This document shows, one piece after another, positions 38,374 through 40,118 of a stretch of DNA of 40,118 nucleotides. Position 1 is the stretch's first letter, and each line of letters begins with the position of its first letter. The DNA comes from Pseudomonadota bacterium (GTDB lineage Bacteria; Bdellovibrionota_F; JAHFAK01; JBDREC01): the NCBI GenBank assembly GCA_043820105.1, contig JBDREC010000086.1, forward strand, positions 1 to 40,118, written 5' to 3'. The notes under the pieces were generated by a model. The model was not told where the DNA came from and did not search any database. It saw only the letters and a list, made by a program, of their open reading frames with translations. Made by a program: the position numbers and the translations under genes.

Positions 38374-39408
38374 TTGACATATCTTCTTAAATTTACAGGC
38401 AAAATAGCTTTTTTTCTTTCCATTGTCGTTTTGTTTTCAGGCTGCCTGGATTCCATTTTTCCAGGGATATCTGGTGATAATACTACAACAGAAGAATTAA
38501 AATGGGCTGAAGGCACAGCATCACCTGATTTTGATACTGTTATTAGTGAGGGAAATGTGGAAATGACCATTCCTGCTTCCTCTGTTGCCGAGGAAACTCC
38601 TTTTGAGGTTTATGTATACTCAGAAGCAGATTTTACATATTATTTAGATGGGATTCTATCTATTGAATATACAGAAAGTGTTGTTGAATTTCTTGGTGGC
38701 ATTGAGCTGTATATAGAATATTTTGAAGATGAAATATCGCTTGATTTTGATGTAAGTGAATTTGAGCTTGATCAGGGAGCAACTTATAAGGCCATTTGTT
38801 TTTTACTTGATGTAAGTTCTTATGAAATCTTAGGGCAGCTTTACAAGCTTGATGGTAGTTTAGATAGTTCAAATAAGCTTGTTGCTATAGATATTCCAGC
38901 TTCAATTTTTTATGAAGAATATTATAAATCAGACTTATTACAATTAAAATACTCTGAAGCAGATGGTATTGAAGCAACTGATGCTGAATCTTATGAATAC
39001 TCTTATTCACTTTTTTTAGGGCTTTATAAATTTAAAAGTACAAGTACAGAAGATGATTTAGTTATATCTCATGGAGAAGAGCAGTACACTCTTGATGCTT
39101 TGTCAGAACCTGGTTTTTCAACAGCTGTTGAGACAGATTCAATTTCCGATCAAGATTATGAAACATATGAGGATGAAGCAGAAAGTAGTCAAACCTCAGA
39201 AACATCAGAAGATAGGAGTGATGAGCTTAATTCTCGAGAAGCAGAAGATGCAGATACAGAGAGTCAAGATGTTAGACCAGCAAGACAAAGACCAGAAACT
39301 GAAGATGAATCAGATTCAGAAAGACCTGCTTTAGATGAGCAGTCAAGACCGGATCTTGATTCTGAAGATAGACCTCCAAGAAGAAGACCAACACGAGAAG
39401 ACTTATAG
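38374..39408 (+). CDS. Acidic lipoprotein, probable paralog of the N-terminal part of 34267..36876, with disordered RP-rich tail
   Basis: Lipobox FSGC; GAGGGG RBS before TTG; shared blocks including identical TLDALSE. Confidence 0.7.
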   Translation: MTYLLKFTGKIAFFLSIVVLFSGCLDSIFPGISGDNTTTEELKWAEGTASPDFDTVISEGNVEMTIPASSVAEETPFEVYVYSEADFTYYLDGILSIEYTESVVEFLGGIELYIEYFEDEISLDFDVSEFELDQGATYKAICFLLDVSSYEILGQLYKLDGSLDSSNKLVAIDIPASIFYEEYYKSDLLQLKYSEADGIEATDAESYEYSYSLFLGLYKFKSTSTEDDLVISHGEEQYTLDALSEPGFSTAVETDSISDQDYETYEDEAESSQTSETSEDRSDELNSREAEDADTESQDVRPARQRPETEDESDSERPALDEQSRPDLDSEDRPPRRRPTREDL

Positions 39409-39419
39409 AAATCTTTAAT

Positions 39420-39824
39420 CTAGAAATAATTTAAGGGTTCACCAAAAAAGTTTGTATATTTTTCAATCTCATCACCAAAGACTTCCATTTCTTCGCCTTT
39501 GATTTTGTAAGTTACTTTTTCACCAACAATTGTTGAAAAATAAATATCAAATTCTGTTCCAACATGGTCTTCCATATGGATTTTAGCCAGATTATAATCT
39601 TTTCCTTTTACTGCAAGATCTTCATTGCACATTGGGCAGTGAATATCAAGTTTTTCACCTTCTTCGTAATCAAATGAAGGATGATTTACAATGGAATAAT
39701 CTCCTAATTGTGGATCTAGTAGTAGCATTCCAAAAGTGCCGTTTTCTTTTTTTGCAGTTACAATGATTTGATCATTGACTCTTAAATGTCCCTTGCAATG
39801 AGGGCAAGAATAGTCGTAGTTCAT
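39420..39824 (-). CDS. Hypothetical protein with two CxxC motifs (putative Zn/metal binding)
   Basis: CPHC...CPMC; GGGAGG RBS; normal composition. Confidence 0.7.
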   Translation of the reverse strand: MNYDYSCPHCKGHLRVNDQIIVTAKKENGTFGMLLLDPQLGDYSIVNHPSFDYEEGEKLDIHCPMCNEDLAVKGKDYNLAKIHMEDHVGTEFDIYFSTIVGEKVTYKIKGEEMEVFGDEIEKYTNFFGEPLNYF

Positions 39825-39888
39825 TTGGCCTCCCGTTTCTTTTGGGCTTGTTAATATGGGGCCTTAGATAGCACAGGTTTGCGTGGAA

Positions 39889-40118
39889 TGCAAGGATATA
39901 AGTGGTAAGTGGTAAGTGGTAAGTGGTAAGATTTGTATTCAGTATTTGGTTTCATTATCTTTCTGGTGCTCTGGCGCACTGGTGCAAGGATATAAGTGGT
40001 AAGTGGTAAGTGGTAAGTGGTAAGTGGTAAGTGGTAAGATTTGTATTCAGTATTTGGTTTCATTATCTTTCTGGTGCTCTGGCGCACTGGTGCAAGGATA
40101 TAAGTGGTAAGTGGTAAG
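39889..40118. repeat. Nested tandem repeat: 94-bp and 108-bp units plus a truncated third, differing only in TAAGTGG copy number (4, 6, >=2)
   Basis: Unit = TGCAAGGATA-(TAAGTGG)n-TAAG-ATTTGTATTCAGTATTTGGTTTCATTATCTTTCTGGTGCTCTGGCGCACTGG, starting at 39889, 39983 and 40091. Confidence 0.92.

Noticed and set aside
15691-39334. Other nested or antisense ORFs (e.g. 22806, 23318, 30691, 31687, 33603, 34353, 36384, 37730, 39071)
   Set aside because: They overlap well-supported CDSs and show typical antisense composition.
39851-40087. 78-aa minus-strand ORF (YHLPLTT repeats)
   Set aside because: It is simply a translation of the tandem repeat and has no coding evidence.
39889-40118. CRISPR array
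   Set aside because: The intervening sequences are identical rather than unique spacers, units differ only in heptamer count, and no cas genes are present.
1-40118. Prophage, IS, integron or defence island
   Set aside because: No integrase, transposase, phage structural or recognisable defence genes, and no duplicated tRNA-Trp 3' end noticed.

Overview
AT-rich bacterial window, probably a whole metagenomic contig, since it starts inside tuf and ends inside a tandem repeat. RpoB/RpoC style and gene order suggest a deltaproteobacteria-like lineage (inference only). 1-12.5 kb is the rif cluster: 'tuf-rpmG-tRNA-Trp-secE-nusG-rplK-rplA-rplJ-rplL-rpoB-rpoC, not followed by the str operon. 12.5-26 kb is an accessory signalling/secreted-protein region: O-methyltransferase, secreted metallophosphoesterase, CHASE2 adenylate cyclase, SH3-M48 peptidase, RTX-like Ca-binding protein, orphan NtrC-type regulator, PEGA lipoprotein, RDD protein and a large exported hypothetical protein. 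26-34 kb is housekeeping: DJ-1/PfpI, YjbQ, tatA, mutL, lapA-like, HIT, sppA, rpsA, GlcD-like oxidase. 34-40 kb has two acidic lipoproteins around an amidohydrolase, a CxxC protein and a nested tandem repeat. Best leads: (1) a signal-peptide protein behind a sigma54-like promoter that appears to hold two tandem, complementarily degenerate GGDEF-like domains; (2) a dispersed family of 7-bp tandem arrays that occur as inverted pairs, bracket rpmG with a perfect 22-bp inverted repeat, sit inside mutL and form a higher-order repeat; (3) two paralogous lipoproteins sharing an unrecognised N-terminal domain, each with a CRP-like box near -41.5, on a contig that encodes a CHASE2 adenylate cyclase. All calls are by eye; no searches were run. 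No mobile element, CRISPR array or rRNA was found.
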